This document shows, one piece after another, positions 47,018 through 56,156 of a DNA stretch of 57,447 nucleotides (position 1 is the stretch's first letter; each line of letters starts with the position of its first letter). The position numbers were made by a program, and so were the translations under genes. Under the pieces are notes generated by a model. That model made no database searches. It saw only the letters and a program-made list of their open reading frames with translations, and was not told where the DNA came from. Source of the stretch: an uncultured Eubacteriales bacterium (GTDB taxonomy: Bacteria > Bacillota > Clostridia > Christensenellales > CAG-138); the NCBI GenBank assembly GCA_900318765.1, contig ONLX01000025.1, positions 1 through 57,447 on the forward strand. The letters run 5' to 3'.

Positions 47018-47052
47018 GTACTCAACAAAACAAAAGAAGTGAGGTGAGCCTT

Positions 47053-48048
47053 ATGCATTTGAAAAAGTACCTAGGGGGCTTCCTGTTCGGCGGTCTGCTG
47101 TTTGCCTTTACCTCCTATCTGCTGCTCGATACGTTCGTCATCGTCCGCCGATATGAAACCGTAGAGACCGCTGCGCAGCCCGTCATTACCGTCGTCTCCG
47201 AAGCTATGGCGCAGTCTGAAACGGTCGAGGTCGAGCCGACCTCAGCCGCCACCGCTATCCCCACCGCCGCTCCGACGGCGGAGGCAGTCACCGTATCCAC
47301 CAGCGCGGCGCACGTCGTCTCCACCGATACGACCTATCGCGATGAGAACATCTCCGTGCAGCTGACCGAGTACCGCATCAGCGATACAACCGTCTATGTA
47401 GCCGATGTGCAGGTGTCCTCGCCCGAGTACCTCAAAACCGCGTTCGCCCAAGGCACGTATGGGCGCAATGTCACCGCAAAGGTCTCGGAAACCGCCGATG
47501 CGGTCAATGCCGTTCTGGCGATCAACGGGGACTATTACGGCGCGCGGCAATCCGGCTATGTGATCCGTGAGGGCGTGCTCTACCGTGACAAGGCGGTCAA
47601 GAACGCGGTCGACCTCGTCATCTACGGCGACGGCAGCTTCGGCATCATCCGGGAATCCGAGATCACGGCAGAGGCTCTGCTCGAAAGCGGCGCATGGAAC
47701 GTTCTGAACTTCGGTCCGGCGCTGATCGAGGACGGGGAGATCTCCGTTTCGGTCAACGATGAGGTCGGCAGAGCCATGGCGAGCAACCCGCGCACCGCCA
47801 TTGCGGTGGTCGACGATCTGCATTACCTGTTCGTCGTTTCGGACGGGCGGACGTCGCAGAGCGAAGGCCTGACGCTCTATGAGCTTGCGACCTTTTTGAA
47901 AACGCTCGGCGCAAAAACGGCATACAATCTCGACGGCGGCGGTTCCTCGACGATGGTGTTCAACGGAACGATCGTCAATGTTCCGACGTCGAGCGGAAAA
48001 TCCACGAAGGAAAGGAGCGTGAGCGACATTGTTTACATCGGATACTAA
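47053..48048 (+). CDS. Phosphodiester glycosidase (NAGPA/DUF2233, EpsL-like) family protein
   Basis: N-terminal TM, AINGDYY, NPRTAI, VSDGR, YNLDGGGSS. Confidence 0.88.
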   Translation: MHLKKYLGGFLFGGLLFAFTSYLLLDTFVIVRRYETVETAAQPVITVVSEAMAQSETVEVEPTSAATAIPTAAPTAEAVTVSTSAAHVVSTDTTYRDENISVQLTEYRISDTTVYVADVQVSSPEYLKTAFAQGTYGRNVTAKVSETADAVNAVLAINGDYYGARQSGYVIREGVLYRDKAVKNAVDLVIYGDGSFGIIRESEITAEALLESGAWNVLNFGPALIEDGEISVSVNDEVGRAMASNPRTAIAVVDDLHYLFVVSDGRTSQSEGLTLYELATFLKTLGAKTAYNLDGGGSSTMVFNGTIVNVPTSSGKSTKERSVSDIVYIGY

Positions 48049-48454
48049 GAAAAACCGACAGCGGTACGAAAAAACCCTCCTGATCTACCTGATCGTTACC
48101 CTGTTTACCGCATTGTTCGGCGCCGTCTATGAGGTCTTCGGCCGAGGCGTCTACAGTTTCTATATGCTCGAAGCGTTCGCGTTTCCGCTGGCGGGCGGTG
48201 TGCTTCCGTTCTTCCTCCTCATGAAGTACAAACGCCCGTACCCCTCCGGGATTTCCGCCGGCTGTACCCACGCCGGGATTGCGACGCTCACCGTCGGCAG
48301 TCTGGTCACCGGCGCACTTGAAATCTACGGAACGACCAATCCCCTGACGAACGTGTACTGGATCCTCGGCGGAGTTTTGCTCGCCGTCGGACTGCTTTCG
48401 TACCTGCTGCTCGGCAACCTGCTCGGCGCGGTCAAAGAGAAGCAGGCCATGTAA
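48029..48454 (+). CDS. Hypothetical 4-TM membrane protein
   Basis: Hydrophobic ORF overlapping the upstream stop; FGAVYE and GALEIYGT motifs. Confidence 0.7.
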   Translation: MFTSDTKKNRQRYEKTLLIYLIVTLFTALFGAVYEVFGRGVYSFYMLEAFAFPLAGGVLPFFLLMKYKRPYPSGISAGCTHAGIATLTVGSLVTGALEIYGTTNPLTNVYWILGGVLLAVGLLSYLLLGNLLGAVKEKQAM

Positions 48455-48469
48455 TCTCCCCAAAACGAA

Positions 48470-48532
48470 AAAAAGAAGCCTCAGAATAAGGCTTCTTTTT
48501 GGTTCTTTTTCTTCTCCGCGGAAGAAAAAGAA
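48470..48532. terminator. Two adjacent hairpins between convergent genes
   Basis: AAAAAGAAGCCT..AGGCTTCTTTTT and GTTCTTTTTCTTC..GAAGAAAAAGAAC. Confidence 0.7.
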
Positions 48533-49828
48533 CTATTTGCCGACGCAGAAATTCTCAAAGATCCGGTCAAGCAGCTTTTCATCCACATCGGTGCCGGTGA
48601 TGGTGCCGAGATGGTGCGACGCTTCCCTCAGATCGGTAGCGATACAGTCCGGCTCGGTTTGCGAAGAGGCGTGCATCAGCGCCTGTCGGGCGGCCTCGAG
48701 CGCGCGGATATGCCGCAGATTCGTAATGCACGTCGTGTCAAGTTCTCCGGTTCCCGCAACCGAGGTGATGCGTGTTTTCAGCGTCTCAAGCCCCTCCCCC
48801 GTTTTGCAGCTGACCGCAAGATCGGCTGCGACGGTCCCGAGATCCGACTTGTTCGAGATGACGATGCGCCGGAACGCGCGTGTCTCTTCGAGGAGCGCGT
48901 CATCCTCGGGCGTGAGCGGAACGGACCCATCGAGCACGATGAGCAGCAGATCCGCATAGTGCAGCGCGCGGCGGGCGCGGTCAATTCCGATGCTTTCCGC
49001 TTCATCGGAGGCTTCCCTTAAGCCTGCCGTGTCCATGAGCCGCACGGAAACGCCGTTCCATGCCGTGCGTTCATCGAGGACATCGCGCGTGGTTCCGGCG
49101 ACGGAGGTCACGATCGCGCGGTCCTCGCCGAGAAGCGCATTGAACAGTGAACTTTTGCCGACGTTCGGCCGGCCGAGAATGACCGTCCGTACCCCTTCCC
49201 GCAGAAACCGCCCCTGCTGTGAGTGGGAAAGCAGACCGTCGATCTCGCGGATCGCGTCCTCGATCTGCTGCGGGAGCGCGGCATACACGTCCTCCTCGGT
49301 TTCGTCCGGATAATCGATTGCGGCTTCCACAGCGGAACGCGCATCGAGAATCGTTTCTTCGGTGGCGCGGAGCATCCGTCCGATGCTGCCACCGAGCTGA
49401 TGCAGCGCTGCGCGCAGCGACGAATCCGCCTGCGCGTTGATCAGATCCATGACCGCCTCTGCCTGGGTCAGATCCATTTTTCCGTTCAAAAAAGCGCGTT
49501 TTGTAAACTCCCCGCCCTCCGCAGGGCGTGCCCCAAGGTCTAAGAGCGCTTCGGAGACACGGCGCACCGTCCCGATCCCGCCATGACAATGCAGCTCAAG
49601 CATATCCTCCCCCGAATAGCTGTTCGGCGCGGGAAACCAGACCGCCATACTGTCGTCCAGATGCTCCCCCGAATAGCGCAGCGGCGCATAGGTCAGCATC
49701 CGCGGCGTCAGCGCTTTGCCTGTGAGCGCATGCATCACGCCGCACGCCCCGGGTCCGGAGACGCGCAATACCGCAATCGCCCCGCCGACAGCGGTGGACG
49801 GCGCAAAGATTGTATCGTTGTGTTCCAT
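48533..49828 (-). CDS. mnmE: tRNA modification GTPase MnmE
   Basis: GEFTKRAFLNGK, GRPNVGKS, GTTRD, DTAG, NKSD, C-terminal FCVGK. Confidence 0.96.
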   Translation of the reverse strand: MEHNDTIFAPSTAVGGAIAVLRVSGPGACGVMHALTGKALTPRMLTYAPLRYSGEHLDDSMAVWFPAPNSYSGEDMLELHCHGGIGTVRRVSEALLDLGARPAEGGEFTKRAFLNGKMDLTQAEAVMDLINAQADSSLRAALHQLGGSIGRMLRATEETILDARSAVEAAIDYPDETEEDVYAALPQQIEDAIREIDGLLSHSQQGRFLREGVRTVILGRPNVGKSSLFNALLGEDRAIVTSVAGTTRDVLDERTAWNGVSVRLMDTAGLREASDEAESIGIDRARRALHYADLLLIVLDGSVPLTPEDDALLEETRAFRRIVISNKSDLGTVAADLAVSCKTGEGLETLKTRITSVAGTGELDTTCITNLRHIRALEAARQALMHASSQTEPDCIATDLREASHHLGTITGTDVDEKLLDRIFENFCVGK

Positions 49829-49871
49829 ATTCTGTCCCTATGAAAAAAGGCCGCGGAAGCGGCCCGAATGC

Positions 49872-50651
49872 TTATTTCTCCGGCGCAATGACGACGGCGC
49901 GGTTCGGCTCTTCGCCCTCGCTGTACGTCGTCACCCCGCGGAACGATTGCAGCGCGGAATGCAGGATGCGGCGCTCATACGGATTCATCGGCTCCATCGT
50001 AACGGCGCGACCGGTCTTGGCAACACGAACGGCGGTGCGGCGGGCGAGCTTCCGGAGCGTTTCCTCGCGGCGTGCGCGATAGCCTTCCGTGTCGACCGTG
50101 ACTCTGCGGTAGGCATTGTCCTTGCGGTCCTTGTTCCAGTACAGCGAAACGAGATACTGAATCGCATCGAGCGTTTCCCCGCGACGGCCGATCAGCAATC
50201 CATCCGTATCGGAGACGATGTTGAGCCGCAGCCCGTCATCGGTCTCGGCGGCCTGCACGGTCGCATTGATCTTCATTGCCTGCATCAGATCCGCAAGGAA
50301 CAGCGCGGCATCGTTCGTAGCGGCGAGATCCTCGTCATACGCGAAAGCGGGCGTCTCGTCCTTTTTGCGCGGCTCCTGCTTCTTCGAACCGCCCTTGCGC
50401 TCCTGCGAGCGGGGACGATCGTTCTTTTTCGGGCGCGGCTCGGCTTTGGGAACCGTCTCAAACACCGGCATCACGGGAACTTCCCGTTCGGTCAGGCGAA
50501 CGATCGCGTTCTTTGCGCCGATGCCGAAAATGCCCTTGCTCTCCTTCTGCACGGTTTCAATCACGACCTGATCGATCGTGAGTTGCATTTCTTCCAGCCC
50601 ATGGAAAATCGCTTCATCGACGTTCCGGCCGGTAAACTCCATACTTCTCAT
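49872..50651 (-). CDS. jag: Jag/EloR (KhpB) RNA-binding protein
   Basis: Jag_N GIFGIG, KH LIGRRGETL, R3H PMNPYERRILH. Confidence 0.93.
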   Translation of the reverse strand: MRSMEFTGRNVDEAIFHGLEEMQLTIDQVVIETVQKESKGIFGIGAKNAIVRLTEREVPVMPVFETVPKAEPRPKKNDRPRSQERKGGSKKQEPRKKDETPAFAYDEDLAATNDAALFLADLMQAMKINATVQAAETDDGLRLNIVSDTDGLLIGRRGETLDAIQYLVSLYWNKDRKDNAYRRVTVDTEGYRARREETLRKLARRTAVRVAKTGRAVTMEPMNPYERRILHSALQSFRGVTTYSEGEEPNRAVVIAPEK

Positions 50652-51712
50652 GCCTTTGCTTTTGCCTCCACTTGCTCGGTCTTCGGTTTTTTGAACATGG
50701 TGAAATTGAGAATCACGTTGACGAGCAGCGCGAAGATGTTCGAGAACGTCCAATAGAACGCGAACGTTGCGTCATATTGGTAGCAGAAGAACACCGAGAT
50801 GAGCGGCATCAGGTACATCATCACCTTCATCGAGGAATTCGCCTGTTGGTTGTTCTGCGCGGTCTGCGGCTGCATCTTCTGCTGCAGGAACGACTGCAAG
50901 AATCCCGTAGCGCCCGCGAGCAGCGGCAGCACCGCATAGCCGTTCGTCATCGAATAGAACTTCGGCATCGAATCGGTAATCGGCCGCACGAACGCCTCGT
51001 ACGCAACCTTGAAGGCCGCGCCGTTGTCCGCCGCGTAGACGTACTCCATCGCGCCGGTCTCATTGAACTGCACGGTAAAGAAATGCAGCTTGTAGAGAAT
51101 CTCGTTCAGCGTCTCGCTGTTGTTGTTGTAGAAAATGAAATTCTTGATCTGGTTCGTGGTCGAGAAATTCGTCCAGAACTCCTGTGCGCTCATCAGCGCG
51201 CCGCCGGGACTCAGATTGTCCGGCCGCCAGATGTTGGTGATCCAAAGGAACCGGAATCCCTGAAACATCTCAAGGCCCTGTCCGTTCTCGAGCGCGATGA
51301 CCAAGGAGAGCATCTGCTCGTTTGCCCAGGCGCGGAACGCGTTGAAGAACATGATCAGAAGCGGGAACATCAGAAGCATCGGCAAGCAGCCGCCGAAGGT
51401 GCTGACGCCGTGCTCCTTCATGATCTTGCGCTGCTCGATGTTGAGCTTCTGGGGATCGTCCTTATACTTTTTCTGCAGGCGATTGAGCTCCGGCTGAATC
51501 TCCTGCATCTTCATCGAGGATTTGCGCGACGAAATATCCCCCACCGAAGTCGCGGCGCGGATCGCAAGCGTGAAAATGAAGATCGTCAGAACGACGACCA
51601 CACCGCCGTGTCCCATGGAGGCGGCGGAAGACCCGAACAGACGGGAAATCTGCTCGTAGACCCACGACATGGCAAGATACAGCCAACGGGTCAAAAAGAA
51701 GGATGTTGTCAT
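50648..51712 (-). CDS. yidC: Membrane protein insertase YidC
   Basis: FTLAIR, IQPELNRLQKKYK, GGCLP, FLWI, FYWTFSN. Confidence 0.9.
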   Translation of the reverse strand: MTTSFFLTRWLYLAMSWVYEQISRLFGSSAASMGHGGVVVVLTIFIFTLAIRAATSVGDISSRKSSMKMQEIQPELNRLQKKYKDDPQKLNIEQRKIMKEHGVSTFGGCLPMLLMFPLLIMFFNAFRAWANEQMLSLVIALENGQGLEMFQGFRFLWITNIWRPDNLSPGGALMSAQEFWTNFSTTNQIKNFIFYNNNSETLNEILYKLHFFTVQFNETGAMEYVYAADNGAAFKVAYEAFVRPITDSMPKFYSMTNGYAVLPLLAGATGFLQSFLQQKMQPQTAQNNQQANSSMKVMMYLMPLISVFFCYQYDATFAFYWTFSNIFALLVNVILNFTMFKKPKTEQVEAKAKA

Positions 51713-51724
51713 AACGGTGACTCC

Positions 51725-51949
51725 TTACTTATGATGCGGCTTTGGAACGGGATCATACCCGCCACGGGAAAACGGATTGCATCGAAGCACGCGCCAGATG
51801 GCAAGAAGCGTTCCCTTGAAGGCGCCGTGTACCTCGATCGCCTCCATCGCATACTCCGAACAGGTCGGCGTATACTTGCAGGCAGGCGGCAAAAGGGGCG
51901 AGATCGAACGCTTATAAAAGCGAAGCATTGCGAGAAGAACACGTTTCAT
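51725..51949 (-). CDS. yidD: Membrane protein insertion efficiency factor YidD
   Basis: [25 protein letters not shown]. Confidence 0.95.
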   Translation of the reverse strand: MKRVLLAMLRFYKRSISPLLPPACKYTPTCSEYAMEAIEVHGAFKGTLLAIWRVLRCNPFSRGGYDPVPKPHHK

Positions 51950-52290
51950 TCCCGCTTCTCCCACAGCCCCGCGCGGGAAATCACGTCATGCATCTGACGC
52001 TGCATTTCCGCAAACGGAACGTCCAACACTTCTTTCCGCGCGATGAAAATCAGGTTCGTTCCCTTTCTCAGCGAATCGAGCATCGGCGTAATGCAGGCGC
52101 GAAGCCGCCTTTTGGCGCGGTTCCGCTTGACGCTGTTGCCGACTTTTTTGGAAACCGAAAACCCGACCTTGACGGAATCGGACCGGCTTTTTGCCCAGAT
52201 CAGGGAGAACAGATGCGAGCCGACCGATCGACCGACACGGTAGGTGTAGCGGAATTCTTTATGCCGTTTCAACGAATAGGAACGATTCAC
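51946..52290 (-). CDS. rnpA: Ribonuclease P protein component
   Basis: [22 protein letters not shown]; GTG start. Confidence 0.94.
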   Translation of the reverse strand: MNRSYSLKRHKEFRYTYRVGRSVGSHLFSLIWAKSRSDSVKVGFSVSKKVGNSVKRNRAKRRLRACITPMLDSLRKGTNLIFIARKEVLDVPFAEMQRQMHDVISRAGLWEKRE

Positions 52291-52378
52291 AGATACTTTC
52301 CGTATATACAGCAACTACGGCAAGCGAAAACTTGCCGCATGCGCTTCCATTTTGTTCCTTATCTGTCACAAAAGACCT

Positions 52379-52513
52379 TTATGCGCTCAGTTTCTTGCGA
52401 CCCTTTGCACGTCTGCGCTTCAGAACGTTGCGGCCGTTGGCGGTTGCCATACGCTTGCGGAAACCGTGAACCTTGCTGCGCTGTCTTTTCTTGGGTTGAT
52501 AAGTCCGTACCAT
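52379..52513 (-). CDS. rpmH: 50S ribosomal protein L34
   Basis: [22 protein letters not shown]; 44 aa. Confidence 0.97.
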   Translation of the reverse strand: MVRTYQPKKRQRSKVHGFRKRMATANGRNVLKRRRAKGRKKLSA

Positions 52514-52572
52514 ATCCGAACACTCTCCTTCATGTAAACTAATTGCCGCAGTGCGACACAATAACATTTCAT

Positions 52573-52602
52573 ATTATAGTGACACCTGCGACAGTTTGTC
52601 AA
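52573..52602 (-). promoter_or_regulatory. rpmH promoter TTGACA-18-TATAAT
   Basis: Consensus hexamers at 52597-52602 and 52573-52578. Confidence 0.75.
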
Positions 52603-52628
52603 GAAAAATTTTCGGAAACAGCGGATGC

Positions 52629-53102
52629 TTATGCGCCGCCCACCAAAGGCAGCAGCTCCTCCTCGGTTCGCCCGGTCGCGGCGGCCAGTTCCCCGATCAG
52701 CACCTGCCGCGCCGTCAGATACATTTTGCGCTCTCCGGCCGAAAGCCCTTTCTCCCGATCACGTCGAACCAGGCACTTGACAACCTCGGCCACGTCGCCC
52801 ACCTTTCCGATGCGCAGCTTATCCAGATTGTCCCGATAGCGCTGATTCCAGTTGTCGCTTTCCTGAACGCTCGGCTCCTCAGCCAGCGAACGGATGACGG
52901 TTTCGCACACGTCCGGCTCGGCAAGCCGACGCAGCCCCACGCGCTCCACCGTGGCCACCGGAACCATCGCCGTCATACGACCGGTGAAGAAGCGCAGCCG
53001 GTAATACTGCGACGTTTCGCCCAGAACGGTTTGCTCTTCGATCGCTTCCACGCTCCCGACGCCATGCATCGGATAGCAGACAAGTTCCCCGATTGCGAAC
53101 AT
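52629..53102 (-). CDS. carD: CarD-family transcriptional regulator
   Basis: FAIGELVCYPMHGVG, NWNQRYR, LSAGERKM. Confidence 0.92.
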   Translation of the reverse strand: MFAIGELVCYPMHGVGSVEAIEEQTVLGETSQYYRLRFFTGRMTAMVPVATVERVGLRRLAEPDVCETVIRSLAEEPSVQESDNWNQRYRDNLDKLRIGKVGDVAEVVKCLVRRDREKGLSAGERKMYLTARQVLIGELAAATGRTEEELLPLVGGA

Positions 53103-53130
53103 CTTTCCGTCCTCCTGTTCTGATATTGAT

Positions 53131-53160
53131 ATTATAACGGAAAAACGTTCGTTTTGTCAA
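53131..53160 (-). promoter_or_regulatory. carD promoter TTGACA-18-TATAAT
   Basis: Consensus hexamers at 53155-53160 and 53131-53136. Confidence 0.75.
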
Positions 53161-53255
53161 ACAAAAATTTATAAATATATCACAGGCTTTTACCTTTGTC
53201 AAGCGATATTTTTACAAAAAAAGCTCCCCGAAACGGGGAGCAAAGTCATGCACCA

Positions 53256-54269
53256 TTACAGGTTTTTCGGCTGCTCGTCGAAATGAATGTCCTGAATCAG
53301 TGTGGAAGCGGTGGTCTCGAGCATGTTGCCCATCGACGTACGGTCATGGATCGTCTTGACCGCCATCGCAAACAACGGCGCGGCAGAGATGATGCGGATC
53401 TTCTTGTAGTTCGCGGCTTCGGGGCATTCGACGGTATCGGTCGTCACCACCCATTCATAGGGGCTCTCCTCGATCCGTTTCAGTGCTTTCTCGTTCATCG
53501 CGTTGTGTGAAAGCGCGCCGAAGATGCGTCTTGCGCCGTTCGCCTGCAGTGCTTTTGCGATATCCACCATCGTACCGCCGGAGATCGAGAAGTCATCCAC
53601 CACGAGACAGTCCTTGTCTTTGACGTCGCCGATGATGTTCAGAATCTTGGCGTTTTCGCTGTGGTCCACGCGGGTCTTGTCCCCAATCGCGACATCGGCA
53701 TTCAGTTCCTTGGCAAACGAATGCGCGCGCTTTGCGCTGCCCGCATCCGGACCCACGACAACCAGGTTTTCGGTTGCAAGTCCCTGCCGGCGCACATATT
53801 CGGTCAGCAGCGGCATTGCGTACAGGTGATCGACCGGCTTCTTGAAAAAGCCCTGAATCTGCGCCGCATGCAGGTCCATAAACAGCACGCGGTCCACGCC
53901 GGCCGTTTCGATACAATCGGCACACACGCGGGCGCGGATGGAAACGCGCGGCTCGTCCTTCTTATCGCCCTTGGCATAGGAGAAGTACGGAATGATGGCG
54001 GTTACGGAGTTGGCGCTGGAACGCTTGAACGCGTCGATCCAAAATAGCAGCTCGGTAAATTCCGCATTGGGGTCACGCGCAATCGGCTGAACGAGATACA
54101 CATCGTTCTCCCGGATGCACTCATTGATTCGAACGAAAATATTGCCTTCGGAGAACATGATCGTTTCCGAATCGCCCAATTCCGTTCCCAAAAAGTCACA
54201 CATACGTTTTGCAAAGGGACGCCCCGTCCTGCCGGCAAAAATCTTGATTCTACCCGAACCCTCGTACAT
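53256..54269 (-). CDS. prs: Ribose-phosphate pyrophosphokinase (divergent)
   Basis: FSEGN, IIPYFSYA, MDLHAAQIQGFF, GPDAG, VVDD. Confidence 0.88.
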   Translation of the reverse strand: MYEGSGRIKIFAGRTGRPFAKRMCDFLGTELGDSETIMFSEGNIFVRINECIRENDVYLVQPIARDPNAEFTELLFWIDAFKRSSANSVTAIIPYFSYAKGDKKDEPRVSIRARVCADCIETAGVDRVLFMDLHAAQIQGFFKKPVDHLYAMPLLTEYVRRQGLATENLVVVGPDAGSAKRAHSFAKELNADVAIGDKTRVDHSENAKILNIIGDVKDKDCLVVDDFSISGGTMVDIAKALQANGARRIFGALSHNAMNEKALKRIEESPYEWVVTTDTVECPEAANYKKIRIISAAPLFAMAVKTIHDRTSMGNMLETTASTLIQDIHFDEQPKNL

Positions 54270-54365
54270 AACAACCTCACATATGCAATTTTTCGGCTCT
54301 CGCCTTACACCGTGAGTATAGCACAGCCGTACGGAAAGTACAACCGTTTGAAAGAAAAGATTTTG

Positions 54366-55010
54366 TCAATCCGGGATCAGATCGAGCATATCCTCCTGCG
54401 TGACGTCGGTATACGTCGACGGAACGCTTCCGACCAAAATGCTCTCCGAAATCGGCGCCTGCGTTTCGATCGAAACGATGTACGCGTCGCCCGGCAAAAT
54501 GATCCGCACGGTCGCCTTCAGCGTCAGCGTAATGCGATGCAGTGTCTGGTTGATCCCGGCGCTTGTAAACTTGCTTGAGAACGTCGATTGAACCGCTCCG
54601 GCAGGCGTGAATTTCATCACCAGGTTCGGCCCCATCCCCGTGAACAGCGGGATCCCCGAAACCGTTCCGATCGGGATCGAAACGCCCTGCTCGCCGAGTG
54701 AAGCAATCTTCTCCTGCGCGCAGATCGCGCAGTCCGCCGCAAGCGTGTTCAGCTTGCTGCTGTCGGCCTCCAGATAGTACACGGCGCCGTTGGCTTCATG
54801 GATTGTGATCAGATTGCCCGTGTTGTCCTCGCGGCTGAGAATCTGAAGCACCGCATCGTTCATCGCCGCAGCGGCGACCGATTCGACGCGTGCCTTTGAA
54901 AGCCCTTCGAGCACCGGACGCAGCGATCGATTGACATAGATGAACGCTCCGGTAAACAGCACAAGCAGCAGGAGCATCGAAGCAATCAGTTTCTTTCGGA
55001 TTCGTTTCAT
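54366..55010 (-). CDS. yunB: Sporulation protein YunB
   Basis: N-terminal TM, SIPIG..GMGP, FTSAGINQTLHRI, ILVGSVP. Confidence 0.85.
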   Translation of the reverse strand: MKRIRKKLIASMLLLLVLFTGAFIYVNRSLRPVLEGLSKARVESVAAAAMNDAVLQILSREDNTGNLITIHEANGAVYYLEADSSKLNTLAADCAICAQEKIASLGEQGVSIPIGTVSGIPLFTGMGPNLVMKFTPAGAVQSTFSSKFTSAGINQTLHRITLTLKATVRIILPGDAYIVSIETQAPISESILVGSVPSTYTDVTQEDMLDLIPD

Positions 55011-55102
55011 ACGCCATTGTATGAGAAAAAACGTCAAATCATGTCAAAATCGATTGCATTTCGGTCGAAAAAACGGTATACTGTTCTCCGTTGAGGTGCG
55101 GC

Positions 55103-56122
55103 ATGTCGAAAAAATCCCGCAAAAGAAAAAAGCGAATCCGTAAGATTCTGATCGGCGCCTGCGGCGTTCTGCTGCTTGCGCTGCTTGTGTTGCTTACGGT
55201 GCTGTTGATTCGTCTGTTCTCCTGCGGCGCAAAGGAGGCAAGCGTTGACCTCTCCGCCGCTTCCGCCGTGCCGACCGCGGCTGCCACGCTGCTTCCGACC
55301 GATCCCCCCGCCGCTACGCCGACGCCGTATGTTACACCGGTCCCCAAAATTACCGATGCGTGGTACGCGGAGCGCAATGAGGCGCTGACGCAGCATGTTC
55401 GGGCTTTCAGCGGGTTAACCGATGAGGAAGCGATTCAAAAGCGCGTCGAGGGGATGGCGATCGATCCGGATCAGAAGATGGTGGCGTTCACGTTTGACGA
55501 CGGCCCGCGGGACGAATTGACCGACGGCGTGCTCGACGTCTGTGAGCAGTACAACGTCCGCGTGACGTTCTTCATTAAGGGCGCGTACATCGCGGGGCAT
55601 GAGCCGCAGCTCAAGCGCATGCTCGCGCTCGGCTGCGAGATCGGCAATCACACCTGGGATCACCTGGACATCGAAAAACTGACGACCGAGGAGATGCGCT
55701 ATCAGATCGAACAGGTGGACGATACGCTGTACAACGTGCTCGGCGTTCGAACGAAGCTGTTCCGCCCGCCGTACATCAGCTACGGTCAAAAGGGGTCGGA
55801 CACGCGCAACGCGTTGATCGAACTGATGCAAAAGCACGGTATGGCCGTCATCAACCATACGCGCAGCACGCATGATACCTATGACAACTACACCGAAGAC
55901 ATGATCTATGAGCGCATGATCGCCGAAAAGGACGAATCCGGCTACGGTCTGCACAAATCGATCGTCCTGTGCCACGATAAAACGCAAAAGACGATCGGTG
56001 CGTTCCGCCGCGCCGTGCCGGTTCTGCTGGAGCAGGGCTATCAGCTCGTGACCGTCTCCGAATTGTTGAACTGTTCCGACGAGGGATTCCGCGTCGGCGC
56101 AATCTACAAAAAAGCCGATTGA
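55103..56122 (+). CDS. Membrane-anchored polysaccharide deacetylase (NodB/CE4)
   Basis: TFDDGP, GNHTWDH, FRPPY, VLCHD; N-terminal TM and P/T linker. Confidence 0.9.
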   Translation: MSKKSRKRKKRIRKILIGACGVLLLALLVLLTVLLIRLFSCGAKEASVDLSAASAVPTAAATLLPTDPPAATPTPYVTPVPKITDAWYAERNEALTQHVRAFSGLTDEEAIQKRVEGMAIDPDQKMVAFTFDDGPRDELTDGVLDVCEQYNVRVTFFIKGAYIAGHEPQLKRMLALGCEIGNHTWDHLDIEKLTTEEMRYQIEQVDDTLYNVLGVRTKLFRPPYISYGQKGSDTRNALIELMQKHGMAVINHTRSTHDTYDNYTEDMIYERMIAEKDESGYGLHKSIVLCHDKTQKTIGAFRRAVPVLLEQGYQLVTVSELLNCSDEGFRVGAIYKKAD

Positions 56123-56123
56123 C

Positions 56124-56154
56124 AAAAAACCGTCCTTGCGGACGGTTTTCTTTT
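56124..56154. terminator. Bidirectional terminator
   Basis: AAAACCGTCC-TTGC-GGACGGTTTT. Confidence 0.75.
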
Positions 56155-56156
56155 CT

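Noticed and set aside
52514-52628. oriC expected upstream of rpmH
   Set aside because: No DnaA boxes or long AT-rich unwinding element, no dnaA, and no switch in gene orientation.
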